A stretch of 33,320 nucleotides of DNA from the NCBI GenBank assembly GCA_046758505.1, contig JBHIAH010000023.1, forward strand, positions 1-33,320, given 5' to 3'. The notes beneath the pieces are model-generated. The model was not told the DNA's origin. It saw only the letters and a program-made list of their open reading frames with translations, and searched no databases. Both the position numbers and the translations under genes were made by a program. Shown here one piece after another: positions 1-9,475 of this stretch. The stretch comes from Candidatus Methylomirabilales bacterium (lineage in GTDB: Bacteria; Methylomirabilota; Methylomirabilia; Methylomirabilales; CSP1-5). The number at the start of each line of letters is the position of its first letter. Within the stretch, counting starts at the first letter, position 1.

Positions 1-28
1 TACCCAACACCTAATACCCAACACCCAA
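1..28. repeat. heptamer tandem array (YACCYAA)x4, truncated by window start
   Basis: TACCCAA CACCTAA TACCCAA CACCCAA read directly. Confidence 0.8.
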
Positions 29-95
29 GATCGATGGCTTGTCAGGTGGGCGCTGAATGTGATATGAAAGGGTGGCTTACGGCGGGGTGATAATT

Positions 96-174
96 CACAC
101 GCCCTCGGATCCGCCGGCGGGTGTTTGCCGCGGGCAAATGGCTTGGTGGAGATGAAGGGGGCGGAGGGCAAACC
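96..174 (+). ncRNA. rpsB/S2 leader RNA (t44-like autoregulatory element)
   Basis: CACACGCCCTC(96-106) pairs with GGGGGCG(157-163); GGGTG at 119-123; inner hairpin TTTGCC-gcg-GGCAAA; ends GGAGGGCAAACC; directly upstream of rpsB, matching the known t44/S2 leader layout. Confidence 0.7.
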
Positions 175-192
175 AAGGAAAGGGAGGTGTAT

Positions 193-999
193 ATGTCGGT
201 CATTTCGATGAAAGAGCTTCTGGAGGCGGGGGTCCACTTTGGGCACCAGACCAAGCGCTGGAACCCGAAGATGAAGCGGTTTCTCTTTGGAGAACGAAAC
301 GGCATCTACATCATAGACCTCCAGAAGACCATGGAAAAGTTCAAGGAGGCGTGGCAGTTCGTCAAGGCCGTATCTGAGGGGGGCGAATCCGTCCTCTTTG
401 TGGGCACCAAGCGGCAGGCGGCGGAGACCGTCAGGGAAGAGGCCGAGCGGAGTGGCATGTTTTACGTGAACCATCGCTGGCTCGGCGGGACCCTGACCAA
501 TTTCCAGACCATCCGAAAGAGTATCAACAGGCTCAAGCAGCTCGAGCACATGCAGACAGACGGGACGTTCGAGGGGCTGCCGAAGAAGGAGGCCCTGCAT
601 CTCACCCGCGAGATCGAAAAGTTGAACCGGACGCTCGTGGGAATCAAGGAGATGGATCGGCTGCCCGGAGCGGTTGTGGTCGTCGATACGAAGCGCGAGC
701 GGATTGCGGTTCGGGAGGCCCGGCGGCTCGCTATTCCCGTCGTGGCGCTGGTGGATACGAACTGTGATCCGGATGAGATTGATTATCCCATCCCGGGAAA
801 TGATGACGCCATCCGTGCAATCAAACTGATCACGTCCCGGTTGGCCGATGCGGTTCGAGAGGGACGGGGGGCCGTGGACACGGAACTGGCAGAGGAGATG
901 GTCGAGGCGGCCGTCGGTGTGGACGAGCCGGCGGCGGAGGCGCCGCCTGCCGCCGAGTCGGAGGAGGCAGAGGTCCTCCAGGACGCGGACAGCGCATAG
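193..999 (+). CDS. rpsB: 30S ribosomal protein S2
   Basis: [51 protein letters not shown] 193 preceded by GGGAGGT RBS. Confidence 0.99.
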   Translation: MSVISMKELLEAGVHFGHQTKRWNPKMKRFLFGERNGIYIIDLQKTMEKFKEAWQFVKAVSEGGESVLFVGTKRQAAETVREEAERSGMFYVNHRWLGGTLTNFQTIRKSINRLKQLEHMQTDGTFEGLPKKEALHLTREIEKLNRTLVGIKEMDRLPGAVVVVDTKRERIAVREARRLAIPVVALVDTNCDPDEIDYPIPGNDDAIRAIKLITSRLADAVREGRGAVDTELAEEMVEAAVGVDEPAAEAPPAAESEEAEVLQDADSA

Positions 1000-1070
1000 G
1001 GCCACGAGGCGAGAGCCACGGACACATCGGGAGTCGTCGAACTCCGGATCACAGGGATGAGGGACAACAC

Positions 1071-1679
1071 ATGGAGATTTCGGCCACGCAGGTCAAGGCG
1101 CTGCGCATAAAGACCGGGGCAGGCATCATGGAGTGCAAGTCAGCCCTGGAAGAGGCCCAGGGGAACATCGATCGGGCGGTCGTCATCCTCCGGGAGCGAG
1201 GGATGGCGAAGGCAGCCCGGAAGGCTGGGCGAACGGCGGCCGAGGGGCTGATTGTCGGGTACGTCCATCCGGGTGGGCGGATCGGGGTCCTCCTGGAGGT
1301 GAACTGTGAGAGCGATTTTGTCGCCAGGAACGATCAATTCCAGGCCTTGAGCAAGGATCTCGCGATGCACGTGGCGGCCATGAACCCCCTCTACGTTCGG
1401 CGGGAGGAGGTGCCCGAGAGCGTGCTGGAGGAAGAGCGGCGGATCCTGCGGGTCCAGACGGCGGGGAGCGGGAAGCCGCCCGAAGCTGTCGAGCGGATCA
1501 TTCGGGGCCGGCTGGAAAAATTTTTCGTCGAGACCTGTCTGTTGGACCAGCCGTTTGTGAAGGACTCGGCGCGGACTGTCGATCAGGTCGTTCAGGAAGC
1601 TATGAGTACCATCGGCGAGAACATCGTGGTGCGCCGCTTCTGCCGCTATCAGTTAGGCGAGGTCTCCGACACGCCATGA
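1071..1679 (+). CDS. tsf: elongation factor Ts (short ~200 aa form)
   Basis: VKALRIKTGAGIMECK, EVNCESDFVA, LLDQPFVKD; follows rpsB. Confidence 0.98.
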   Translation: MEISATQVKALRIKTGAGIMECKSALEEAQGNIDRAVVILRERGMAKAARKAGRTAAEGLIVGYVHPGGRIGVLLEVNCESDFVARNDQFQALSKDLAMHVAAMNPLYVRREEVPESVLEEERRILRVQTAGSGKPPEAVERIIRGRLEKFFVETCLLDQPFVKDSARTVDQVVQEAMSTIGENIVVRRFCRYQLGEVSDTP

Positions 1680-1687
1680 TCTTCGGG

Positions 1688-1773
1688 GGTTCACAGTTCA
1701 GAGACTAACCTTCCGGGTCTTGTCATGAACCATGAACCGTGAACTATGAACTATTAGGCTATGAACCATGAAC
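1688..1773. repeat. inverted heptamer arrays: GTTCACA-GTTCAGA left arm, (YRTGAAC)x6 right arm
   Basis: right arm CATGAAC CATGAAC CGTGAAC TATGAAC (1724-1751) and TATGAAC CATGAAC (1760-1773); left arm is the reverse-complement pattern. Confidence 0.85.
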
Positions 1774-1796
1774 TAGGTGACGCAGTCACCGGTTAG

Positions 1797-2516
<720 letters not shown>

Positions 2517-2519
2517 GCC

Positions 2520-3077
2520 ATGGCGAAGGATGTGCTGAGCCGGGCAGAGGCGTCGATGAAGAAGGGGGTGGAGGCGACGGTGCGGGAGTTCGCGGGCGTC
2601 CGGACCGGTCGGGCCTCCACGGCCTTACTGCAGGGGATCACCGTGGAGTGTTATGGGAGTTCCACGCCGCTCCAGCAGCTGGCCACCGTGGCCATCCCGG
2701 AGACCCGTCTCATCACCATTCAGCCGTGGGATCAGAGCGTGGTCCCGGCCATTGAAAAGGCGATCCTGAAATCGGACCTGGGGATCACCCCCTCGAGCGA
2801 TGGGCGGATCATCCGGATCGCCATTCCTACCCTGACCGAGCAGCGGCGCAAGGAACTGGTCCGGATCGTGCGGCGCATGGCGGAAGAAGGGCGAATCGTC
2901 ATCCGGAATGTTCGTCGCGACGCCAACGAAAAGCTCAAGGCCCTCGAGAAACAGAAACAGATTTCCGAGGATGACCTGAAGAAGGCTACCGAGTCGGTCC
3001 AGAAACTGACCGACAAGTACATCAAGGAGATCGAGACGGCCGTGAGCAACAAGGAGAAGGAGATCCTTGAATTCTGA
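2520..3077 (+). CDS. frr: ribosome recycling factor
   Basis: VRTGRAS, IQPWD, LTEQRRKELV, IRNVRRDAN. Confidence 0.99.
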   Translation: MAKDVLSRAEASMKKGVEATVREFAGVRTGRASTALLQGITVECYGSSTPLQQLATVAIPETRLITIQPWDQSVVPAIEKAILKSDLGITPSSDGRIIRIAIPTLTEQRRKELVRIVRRMAEEGRIVIRNVRRDANEKLKALEKQKQISEDDLKKATESVQKLTDKYIKEIETAVSNKEKEILEF

Positions 3078-3223
3078 CAGGCACTCCTCGGTAGCCAGGC
3101 CTGGCTCTTGACGGCTTCCGCCCACCCTTCCGCTTGCCGCCCTTTTCCCATTCCCCTCCCCAGTACGAGAAAGGCCTCTTGGGGCTCGCGGTTGGCGCAG
3201 ACCTCTCACACGCGGATCTGGCC

Positions 3224-4021
3224 GTGCATGGCAGAAGGCTCCTGAGCGCCCTGCTCCTCCTCACCCTCTTTCTCCTCGTCGTGGTCTTCGGAGGGGAGGC
3301 GGGCTTTGCCCTGATGGGACTCGGGGTTGCGGCGATCGGCACGTGGGAGTTCGCCAGGCTGGTGGATCACTCCGTCGGCGTCTCGGGAGTGCTGGCCCTG
3401 CTGAGCGCGGTCGTGCTCGTCGGCGTGACCTACGTGGGGGGCATAGAGGGGTTCGCCCTCGTCGCGGTCCTCCTGCTTCTGCTGCAGCTTTCCCGTGTCG
3501 TCTGGAGTTCGGGGGACCTGGGGGCGGACCTCCGCCGGGCCGCCCTTGCCTTTCTCGGCCTCCTCTATGTTGCGGGGCCACTCTGCTTCGCTGTGGCCCT
3601 CCGAGGGATGGCGGGAGGGGAACGGTACATCCTTCTCGTGTGCGGCATCGTCTGGGTCGGGGACACCGGCGCCTTTTACATGGGGTCGTTTCTGGGGCAC
3701 CGTCCATTGGCCCCGCGGGTGAGCCCCCGGAAGACTGTGGAAGGGAGCGCGGGGGGGTTGGTGGCGAGCATGGCGGCGGCCTGGGTATTGGGCAGGGGCT
3801 TGGGTATCCCGCTGCCGTTCCTTGCGAGCCTCCTACTGGGGGCCGTGATCGGCGGGGCGGGGCAGATCGGCGATCTGATCGAGTCCGTGTTCAAACGGGC
3901 CTTCCAGGCGAAGGATACCGGTCGCCTCATCCCCGGTCATGGGGGGATGTTGGACAGGATCGATAGTCTCCTCTTTGCCATTCCCATCTTTTATCTCGTG
4001 GTTCGCTTGGGATGGATCTAA
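3224..4021 (+). CDS. cdsA: phosphatidate cytidylyltransferase
   Basis: multi-TM; DTGAF..G, SPRKTVEG, GDLIESVFKR, KDTG.LIPGHGGMLDRIDS; GTG 3224 (MHGRRLLSA) chosen over ORF start 3134. Confidence 0.95.
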   Translation: MHGRRLLSALLLLTLFLLVVVFGGEAGFALMGLGVAAIGTWEFARLVDHSVGVSGVLALLSAVVLVGVTYVGGIEGFALVAVLLLLLQLSRVVWSSGDLGADLRRAALAFLGLLYVAGPLCFAVALRGMAGGERYILLVCGIVWVGDTGAFYMGSFLGHRPLAPRVSPRKTVEGSAGGLVASMAAAWVLGRGLGIPLPFLASLLLGAVIGGAGQIGDLIESVFKRAFQAKDTGRLIPGHGGMLDRIDSLLFAIPIFYLVVRLGWI

Positions 4022-4051
4022 GGACGGCATGACGGGGTTGACGGCCATCGG

Positions 4052-6694
4052 ATGCCGATTGGTCACGAGAAGATGCTGACATCACGGTCTCATCGGTCCA
4101 CCAGGGTTGTCGGCCTTGTGGTCCTTGCCTCGTGTGTGCTGGGCCGCCAGGCGGTCCCGGCCGAGGTTCATCTCCGGAACCGGCTCGCCGATGCCACCAG
4201 TCCGTATCTCCGGGAGGCGGCGCGGCAACCGGTCCACTGGCAGCCGTGGGGGGAGGAGGCCTTTCAGTTGGCGCGGGAGATGGATCGACCGATTCTGTTG
4301 GATATCGGGGCGATCTGGTGCCACTGGTGTCACGTGATGGACGAAGAAACCTATAGCAACCCCGGCGTGGCAAAGCTGATCAATGACGCCTTTGTCCCCA
4401 TCAAGGTGGATCGGGATGAGCGACCGGATATCGACGCGAGGTACCAGACGCAGGTCCAGGCCCTCGTGGGCTTCGGCGGGTGGCCCCTCACCGTCTTCAT
4501 GACCCCAGCGGGGAGGGTCTTTTACGGGGGCGGGACGTTCTTCCCGGATGATCGCTATGGGCGGCCCGGCTTCACGGTTCTCCTCCCGAAAATCGCTGCG
4601 GTGTACCGCCAGCAGAAAGACGGGGTCGTAAAGAGCGCCGAGGGCCTCTACCAGGCGGTGGCCCGATTTGAAGCGGCCCTGCCCGAGGCCGGGCAACTCA
4701 ACCGGCGATTGATCCAGGCCATCCTGTGGAGACTCCTCGGGAGCTTCGACGAAACATCCGGTGGGTTCGGGGACAAGACCAAGTACTTTTTCGCCGGCGC
4801 CGTCCGGCTAGCCTTCAAGGGATACTTTGACACCGGAGACCGGAAGCTGCTCGAGGCTGCCACCACGACGCTCGACGCCATGGCGAAGGGCGGAGTGCAC
4901 GACCAGCTCGGGGGCGGCTTCCACCGGTACGCGGTTGACCGACAGTGGCGTGTCCCCCACTTCGAGAAGATGCTCTATGACCAGGCCCACCTGCTCACGG
5001 ATTATCTCGAGGCGTATCAGGCCACCGGCAACGAACGCTACCGGCAGGTTGCCGAGGGGATCATCCGCTATGTCCAGGGGTCCCTCGCGGACCGCTCTCG
5101 GGGGGGCTTCTACGCCCATCAAGATGCCGACATGGGTCCGAACGATGACGGCGGCTACTACACCTGGACAGCGGCGGAGGTCCGGCGGGTCCTTCCCAAA
5201 GACGAGGCGGAAATCATCCTTCAGCACTTCGGGATTGGCGCGGCGGGGGAGGTGGGGAAAGACCCGGCCAGGAACGTCCTCTGGATTGCCAGAACGCCGG
5301 AGGAAATTGCCACGACCCTCCGGATGCCGGTGGTCAAGGTCAGGTCGCTCATCGTTGGGGGGAAGAGAGATCTCTTGAAGATTCGCGGGGCGCGCAAGAC
5401 GCCGTTCGTGGATCGGACGATCCTGACCGATCGCAATGCGATGATGATCTCCGCGTATCTTGAAGCCTACAAGGTGCTTGGGCGGGCCGACCTCAAGGCC
5501 TTTGCCCTCAGGAGCCTCGATTTCCTCCTGGGCCACGCCACCGTGCCGGGGAAGGGGGTGATTCATGCCTATGCCGACGGCAAGCCAACCGTTCCCGGCT
5601 TCCTGCAGGACCAGGTGCAGGTGGCGGCGGCCCTGCTCGACGCCTTTGAAGTCAGCGGCAGGGTGCGGTATCTGGCCGCGGCCAGGGACGTCATGGCGTA
5701 TACCCTTGAGGCCTTCTGGGACGAGGGGGGCGGCTTCTTCGATACGCTCCACCAGCCCGGAGCCCTGGGGGTCTTGGATCTTCGGAGCAAGCCGTTTACC
5801 GATGGTCCGGTCCCGGCGGCCAACGCGGTCGCCGCAGATGTCCTGAGCCGCCTCTACTACGCGACAAATCAGCGGGCGTACCGGGAGCGCGCCCGTGAGA
5901 CCTTGCGGGCCTTTGCCGGCGCGGCCCGGGGCCTCGGAATCCGAGCGGCCACGTATGCCCTGGCCCTGGATCGCTATCTCCATCCACCTGCCCATGCGGT
6001 GATCATCGGGAGGCGGTCCACGCCGGCCACCCAGGCCCTGTGGCGTGCCGCCCTGCGGGCCTATCGCCCTGGGAAGATCGTTGCAGCCTACGATCCGGCC
6101 GAGGTCCAGGTGGAGTCCCTGCCCCCGGCGGTGGCGGCGGCGGTCAGGACCGGCCAGCGTGATGGAAAGGCCAAGGCGTACGTCTGCGTGGGCCCCGCCT
6201 GCTCCCTGCCAACCACGGACCCCGATCAGGTCGCAGCGCTCGTCATGACCTTTGGGAAGAAGCGGCAAGAACCGGTTGCCGCGTCGTTGCCCGGCGCCTC
6301 GGTTCCGGAGATGGGTCACGACCACATCCCGGACATGGGCACGCCACATGTCGCGTATAACAGCGATCCTCCGACCTCGGGTCCCCATCTCCAATCCGTG
6401 GCCCGGTGGGGGGTGCATGACCGCCCACTCCCCAGGGAGCTCCAAGTCCACAACCTGGAGGATGGGGGGGTGATCATGCAGTATAACTGCGAGTGCCCAA
6501 CGCTGGTCCAGAAGCTGAGGGCCATCGCCATACGGCATCGGGGGAAGCCACTGATTCTCGCCCCCTATCCGGGTATGGAGCACACCATCGCCCTGACCGC
6601 CTGGACGAAGATCGACACGTTCAGTGCATTCGACGAAGAGCGAATTGTCCGGTTCATTGAAGCGTACATCGGGATCGATCACCATCGGCGGTGA
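4052..6694 (+). CDS. YyaL/SSP411-type thioredoxin-domain (DUF255) + (alpha/alpha)6 protein with signal-peptide-like N-terminus and C-terminal DUF3105-like domain
   Basis: NRLADATSPYL, WCHWCHVM, KVDRDERPDID, GGWPLT, PHFEKMLYDQA, YVC.GPACSLP; C-terminus YNSDPPTSGPH...VHNLEDGGV.MQY...APYP...IALTAW; start uncertain (4052 or 4073). Confidence 0.88.
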   Translation: MPIGHEKMLTSRSHRSTRVVGLVVLASCVLGRQAVPAEVHLRNRLADATSPYLREAARQPVHWQPWGEEAFQLAREMDRPILLDIGAIWCHWCHVMDEETYSNPGVAKLINDAFVPIKVDRDERPDIDARYQTQVQALVGFGGWPLTVFMTPAGRVFYGGGTFFPDDRYGRPGFTVLLPKIAAVYRQQKDGVVKSAEGLYQAVARFEAALPEAGQLNRRLIQAILWRLLGSFDETSGGFGDKTKYFFAGAVRLAFKGYFDTGDRKLLEAATTTLDAMAKGGVHDQLGGGFHRYAVDRQWRVPHFEKMLYDQAHLLTDYLEAYQATGNERYRQVAEGIIRYVQGSLADRSRGGFYAHQDADMGPNDDGGYYTWTAAEVRRVLPKDEAEIILQHFGIGAAGEVGKDPARNVLWIARTPEEIATTLRMPVVKVRSLIVGGKRDLLKIRGARKTPFVDRTILTDRNAMMISAYLEAYKVLGRADLKAFALRSLDFLLGHATVPGKGVIHAYADGKPTVPGFLQDQVQVAAALLDAFEVSGRVRYLAAARDVMAYTLEAFWDEGGGFFDTLHQPGALGVLDLRSKPFTDGPVPAANAVAADVLSRLYYATNQRAYRERARETLRAFAGAARGLGIRAATYALALDRYLHPPAHAVIIGRRSTPATQALWRAALRAYRPGKIVAAYDPAEVQVESLPPAVAAAVRTGQRDGKAKAYVCVGPACSLPTTDPDQVAALVMTFGKKRQEPVAASLPGASVPEMGHDHIPDMGTPHVAYNSDPPTSGPHLQSVARWGVHDRPLPRELQVHNLEDGGVIMQYNCECPTLVQKLRAIAIRHRGKPLILAPYPGMEHTIALTAWTKIDTFSAFDEERIVRFIEAYIGIDHHRR

Positions 6695-6774
6695 AAGGTC
6701 CGGCCACCGTTTTGACCGTGAGGGGAGCCGCAGCGAATATAGTGGGCCGGTCGAGCATACAGACGCCAGCAAAG

Positions 6775-8322
6775 ATGGACGCGTCCGTCATGTCGGGTCC
6801 GATGCTCTCGCGAGGAGGGCTGGCTGTCCTGAGCGGCGCGCTGCTCGCTCTGAGCTTCCCCAGGTTTGACGTGGCGCCGCTTGCCTTCGGGGCGCTTGTC
6901 CCTCTGCTGGTTGGGTTGGAGGGGGTCCCCGCCCTCCAGGGCACGTATCTGGGGATCATCGCCGGCCTCGTTTTCTCCCTCATCAGTATCCCGTGGGTCG
7001 TTCACACGATGACCACGTACGGGGGCCTCCCCCTCCCCCTCAGCCTTTTGCTTCTTCTCGCCCTCTCGCTCTACCTCGCCCTCTATGTCGGCGCGTTCGC
7101 GTGCGGGGTCACGCGCCTGGCCAGCCGGGGGACATTCGGCTACCTCGTGGGGGCTGCGGCCCTCTGGGTGGGCCTCGAATATCTGCGCACCTTTCTCCTC
7201 ACCGGCTTTCCCTGGAATCTCCTGGGCTACACCCAATACCGAAATCTCTCGGTCATTCAGATCGCGTCTCTGACCGGCGTGTACGGGATCTCTTTTCTCC
7301 TGGTCCTCGCCAACGCCGCCATCGCCCTTGCCTGCCTCTCCCTTCGGCGGGGTGATCGGTGGGCCCTGGCACCCGTATGCGGTGTGGGCCTTCTCCTCAT
7401 GGGGACCGTGCTAATGGGCAGGGGACGGATCGTGTCGGCCGAGACCGGCCGGAGGGAGATCCGGGTGTCGGTCGTCCAGGGAAACATCGAGCAGAGCGTC
7501 AAGTGGGACCCGGGATTCGGCACGCGGACGATCGCGATTTACCGTCGCCTGACCCGACAGGCGGCGCCGGGATCGGAGCTCATCGTCTGGCCCGAAACTG
7601 CGGTCCCCTTTTTCCTCCGGGGGGGAGGGGCCTCGAGTCAACGGGTTCTCGCGATCGCCCGGGAGGTTCAGTCCCCCTTGTTGGTGGGGAGCCCGGATCG
7701 GGTAATCGACATCGCGCCCCGCTACTATAACAGCGCCTTCCTGATCTCTCCGAGGGGGAAGATCGTGCAGAAATATGATAAGATACACCTGGTCCCTTTC
7801 GGGGAGTATGTCCCCCTGCAATCGCTCCTCTTTTTCGTGCACAAGGTGGCCGCCGGGATTGGGGACTTTCGCGCGGGAGAGGCCTTCACGGTGTTCGAGA
7901 CCCCCCAGGGGCGCTTTGGAGTCCTCATCTGCTTTGAGGCCATATTCCCCGATCAGGTCCGTCGGTACGTCCTGGCGGGTGCCGACTTCCTGGTGAATAT
8001 CACCAACGACGCCTGGTTCGGGGACTCTTCCGCCCCGTATCAGCATTTGAGCATGGCTGCGCTGCGGGCGGTGGAGAACGGGGTCTACCTCGTCCGGGCC
8101 GCGAACACGGGGATCTCTGCCCTGATCGCCCCGACGGGCCAGATCGTGAAGCAGTCGGATCTCTTTGTCGAGGCGGTCCTCCGGGGACGGGTCGTCCCCC
8201 GCTCTGGCGGGACCTTTTACACCAGATACGGGGATCTGTTCGCCTGGGGGAGTGGCCTGGTCGGCCTGCTCTTCCTGGCACCCAGGAGGGGGAAGGGGCA
8301 CAGGAGAGGGAGGAAACCATGA
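6775..8322 (+). CDS. lnt: apolipoprotein N-acyltransferase
   Basis: GFPWNLLGY, VQGNI, WPET, KIHLVPFGEYVP, ICFE, NDAWFG, RAVEN, RAANTGIS (E-K-C triad); start uncertain (6691/6775/6790/6802). Confidence 0.96.
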   Translation: MDASVMSGPMLSRGGLAVLSGALLALSFPRFDVAPLAFGALVPLLVGLEGVPALQGTYLGIIAGLVFSLISIPWVVHTMTTYGGLPLPLSLLLLLALSLYLALYVGAFACGVTRLASRGTFGYLVGAAALWVGLEYLRTFLLTGFPWNLLGYTQYRNLSVIQIASLTGVYGISFLLVLANAAIALACLSLRRGDRWALAPVCGVGLLLMGTVLMGRGRIVSAETGRREIRVSVVQGNIEQSVKWDPGFGTRTIAIYRRLTRQAAPGSELIVWPETAVPFFLRGGGASSQRVLAIAREVQSPLLVGSPDRVIDIAPRYYNSAFLISPRGKIVQKYDKIHLVPFGEYVPLQSLLFFVHKVAAGIGDFRAGEAFTVFETPQGRFGVLICFEAIFPDQVRRYVLAGADFLVNITNDAWFGDSSAPYQHLSMAALRAVENGVYLVRAANTGISALIAPTGQIVKQSDLFVEAVLRGRVVPRSGGTFYTRYGDLFAWGSGLVGLLFLAPRRGKGHRRGRKP

Positions 8323-9426
8323 CGGCTGAACTCGGAAAGAGACTGGAGGCGGTCGAGGCGCGGCTCCAACATCTCTGGGCCTATCTTTGACCTGCCGGCG
8401 AAGGCCGCCCGGGCCGAACAACTCGAGCAGGCCGCCCAGGACCCCGACTTTTGGAAGGAGCCGGATCGCGCCCAGCGGCTCCTGAAAGAGCTCGGAGAGC
8501 TGAAGGAGCACCTGACACGCCACGCGGCGCTCCGGGGCGAGGCCGAAGATCAGCGGACGTTGCTCGATCTGGCCCGCGAGGCGGAGGACGTTGAGACGCT
8601 GAGGGAGGTCGACCGGGCGCTCAAAACGTTGGAGCAACGGATCGGCGAGCTGGAGATCCGGGTGATCCTCTCCGGTCCCCATGATCGCGGGAACGCCATC
8701 CTCTCGATCAATCCGGGGGCAGGCGGGACCGAGTCCCAGGACTGGGCCCAGATGCTTTTGCGGATGTACCTGCGCTGGTGTGAAGGCAGAGGTTTCAAGG
8801 CGCAGGTCCTTGATCTGCAGCCGGGAGAGGAGGCGGGGATCAAGGGGGCGGTCGTCGCCGTGGTCGGTCCGTACGCGTACGGATATGTCAAGGCGGAAGC
8901 CGGGGTCCATCGGCTCGTCCGGATTTCTCCCTTCGATGCGAGCCACCGCCGGCACACTTCTTTCGCCTCCGTGGCGGTGCTGCCGGAAGTTGAGGATGTT
9001 GAGGTCGTGATCAACGAAAAAGACTTGAAGATCGAGACCTTCCGGGCGAGTGGCCATGGTGGGCAGCATGTGAATGTGACGGATTCGGCCGTCCGCATTA
9101 CCCACGTCCCCACCGGGATTGTGGTCTCCTGCCAAAACGAGCGTTCCCAGCACAAAAACAGAGGCTTTGCCATGAAGGTGCTCCGGTCCCGGTTGTACGA
9201 GCACTTCCGGGAGAAGCAGGAAAAGGAGATGCAGGCCTTGGCCGGCGAAAAGAAGGAAATCGCCTGGGGCTCTCAGATCCGGTCCTACATCCTCGCGCCG
9301 TATCAGCTTGTCAAAGACCATCGAACAGGCGTGGAAACGGGAAATGTGGAGGCGGTGTTGAACGGCACGATCGACTCCTTCGTGGATGCGTACCTTTTTC
9401 AGATGGCGCGCCGCCTTTCGCCTTGA
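8319..9426 (+). CDS. prfB: peptide chain release factor 2, expressed via +1 programmed ribosomal frameshift (join 8319-8387 with 8389-9426, 368 aa)
   Basis: ATG 8319 overlaps lnt stop (ATGA), 23 codons then CTT TGA C; +1 frame continues DLPAK...FW..., SPF and GGQ motifs. Confidence 0.97.
8385..8391 (+). other. RF2 +1 frameshift site CTT-TGA-C
   Basis: TAT CTT TGA C at the canonical position in prfB. Confidence 0.93.
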
Positions 9427-9452
9427 CAGATCTGAACATGTTTCTTTAAACT
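9423..9452 (+). promoter_or_regulatory. putative sigma70 promoter for lysS-lol genes
   Basis: TTGACA(9423-9428)-N18-TAAACT(9447-9452) in an AT-rich gap; -35 overlaps the prfB stop. Confidence 0.55.
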
Positions 9453-9475
9453 TCCGGCGATAAGCTCACGCAAAG

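Noticed and set aside
39..68. TTGTCA-N18-TATGAA promoter for rpsB
   Set aside because: Plausible, but the -10 is weak and an alternative GATAAT lies at 89-94; cannot be resolved from sequence alone
121..192. 24-aa N-terminal extension of S2 in the ORF track
   Set aside because: Overlaps the leader RNA; ATG 193 has a strong RBS and matches the S2 N-terminus
1688..1773. Possible CRISPR array in the repeat spacers
   Set aside because: Units are 7 nt in tandem with no unique spacers and there are no cas genes
6712..6743. TTGACC...TATAGT promoter before lnt
   Set aside because: The spacer is 20 bp, too long for sigma70
4808..6772. 654-aa minus-strand ORF
   Set aside because: Antisense shadow of the YyaL-like gene; no recognisable motifs; expected with high-GC codon bias
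7411..9321. 636-aa minus-strand ORF
   Set aside because: Antisense to lnt and prfB; no domain signature
8560..9426. prfB as a truncated gene or pseudogene
   Set aside because: Explained by the programmed +1 frameshift at CTT TGA C
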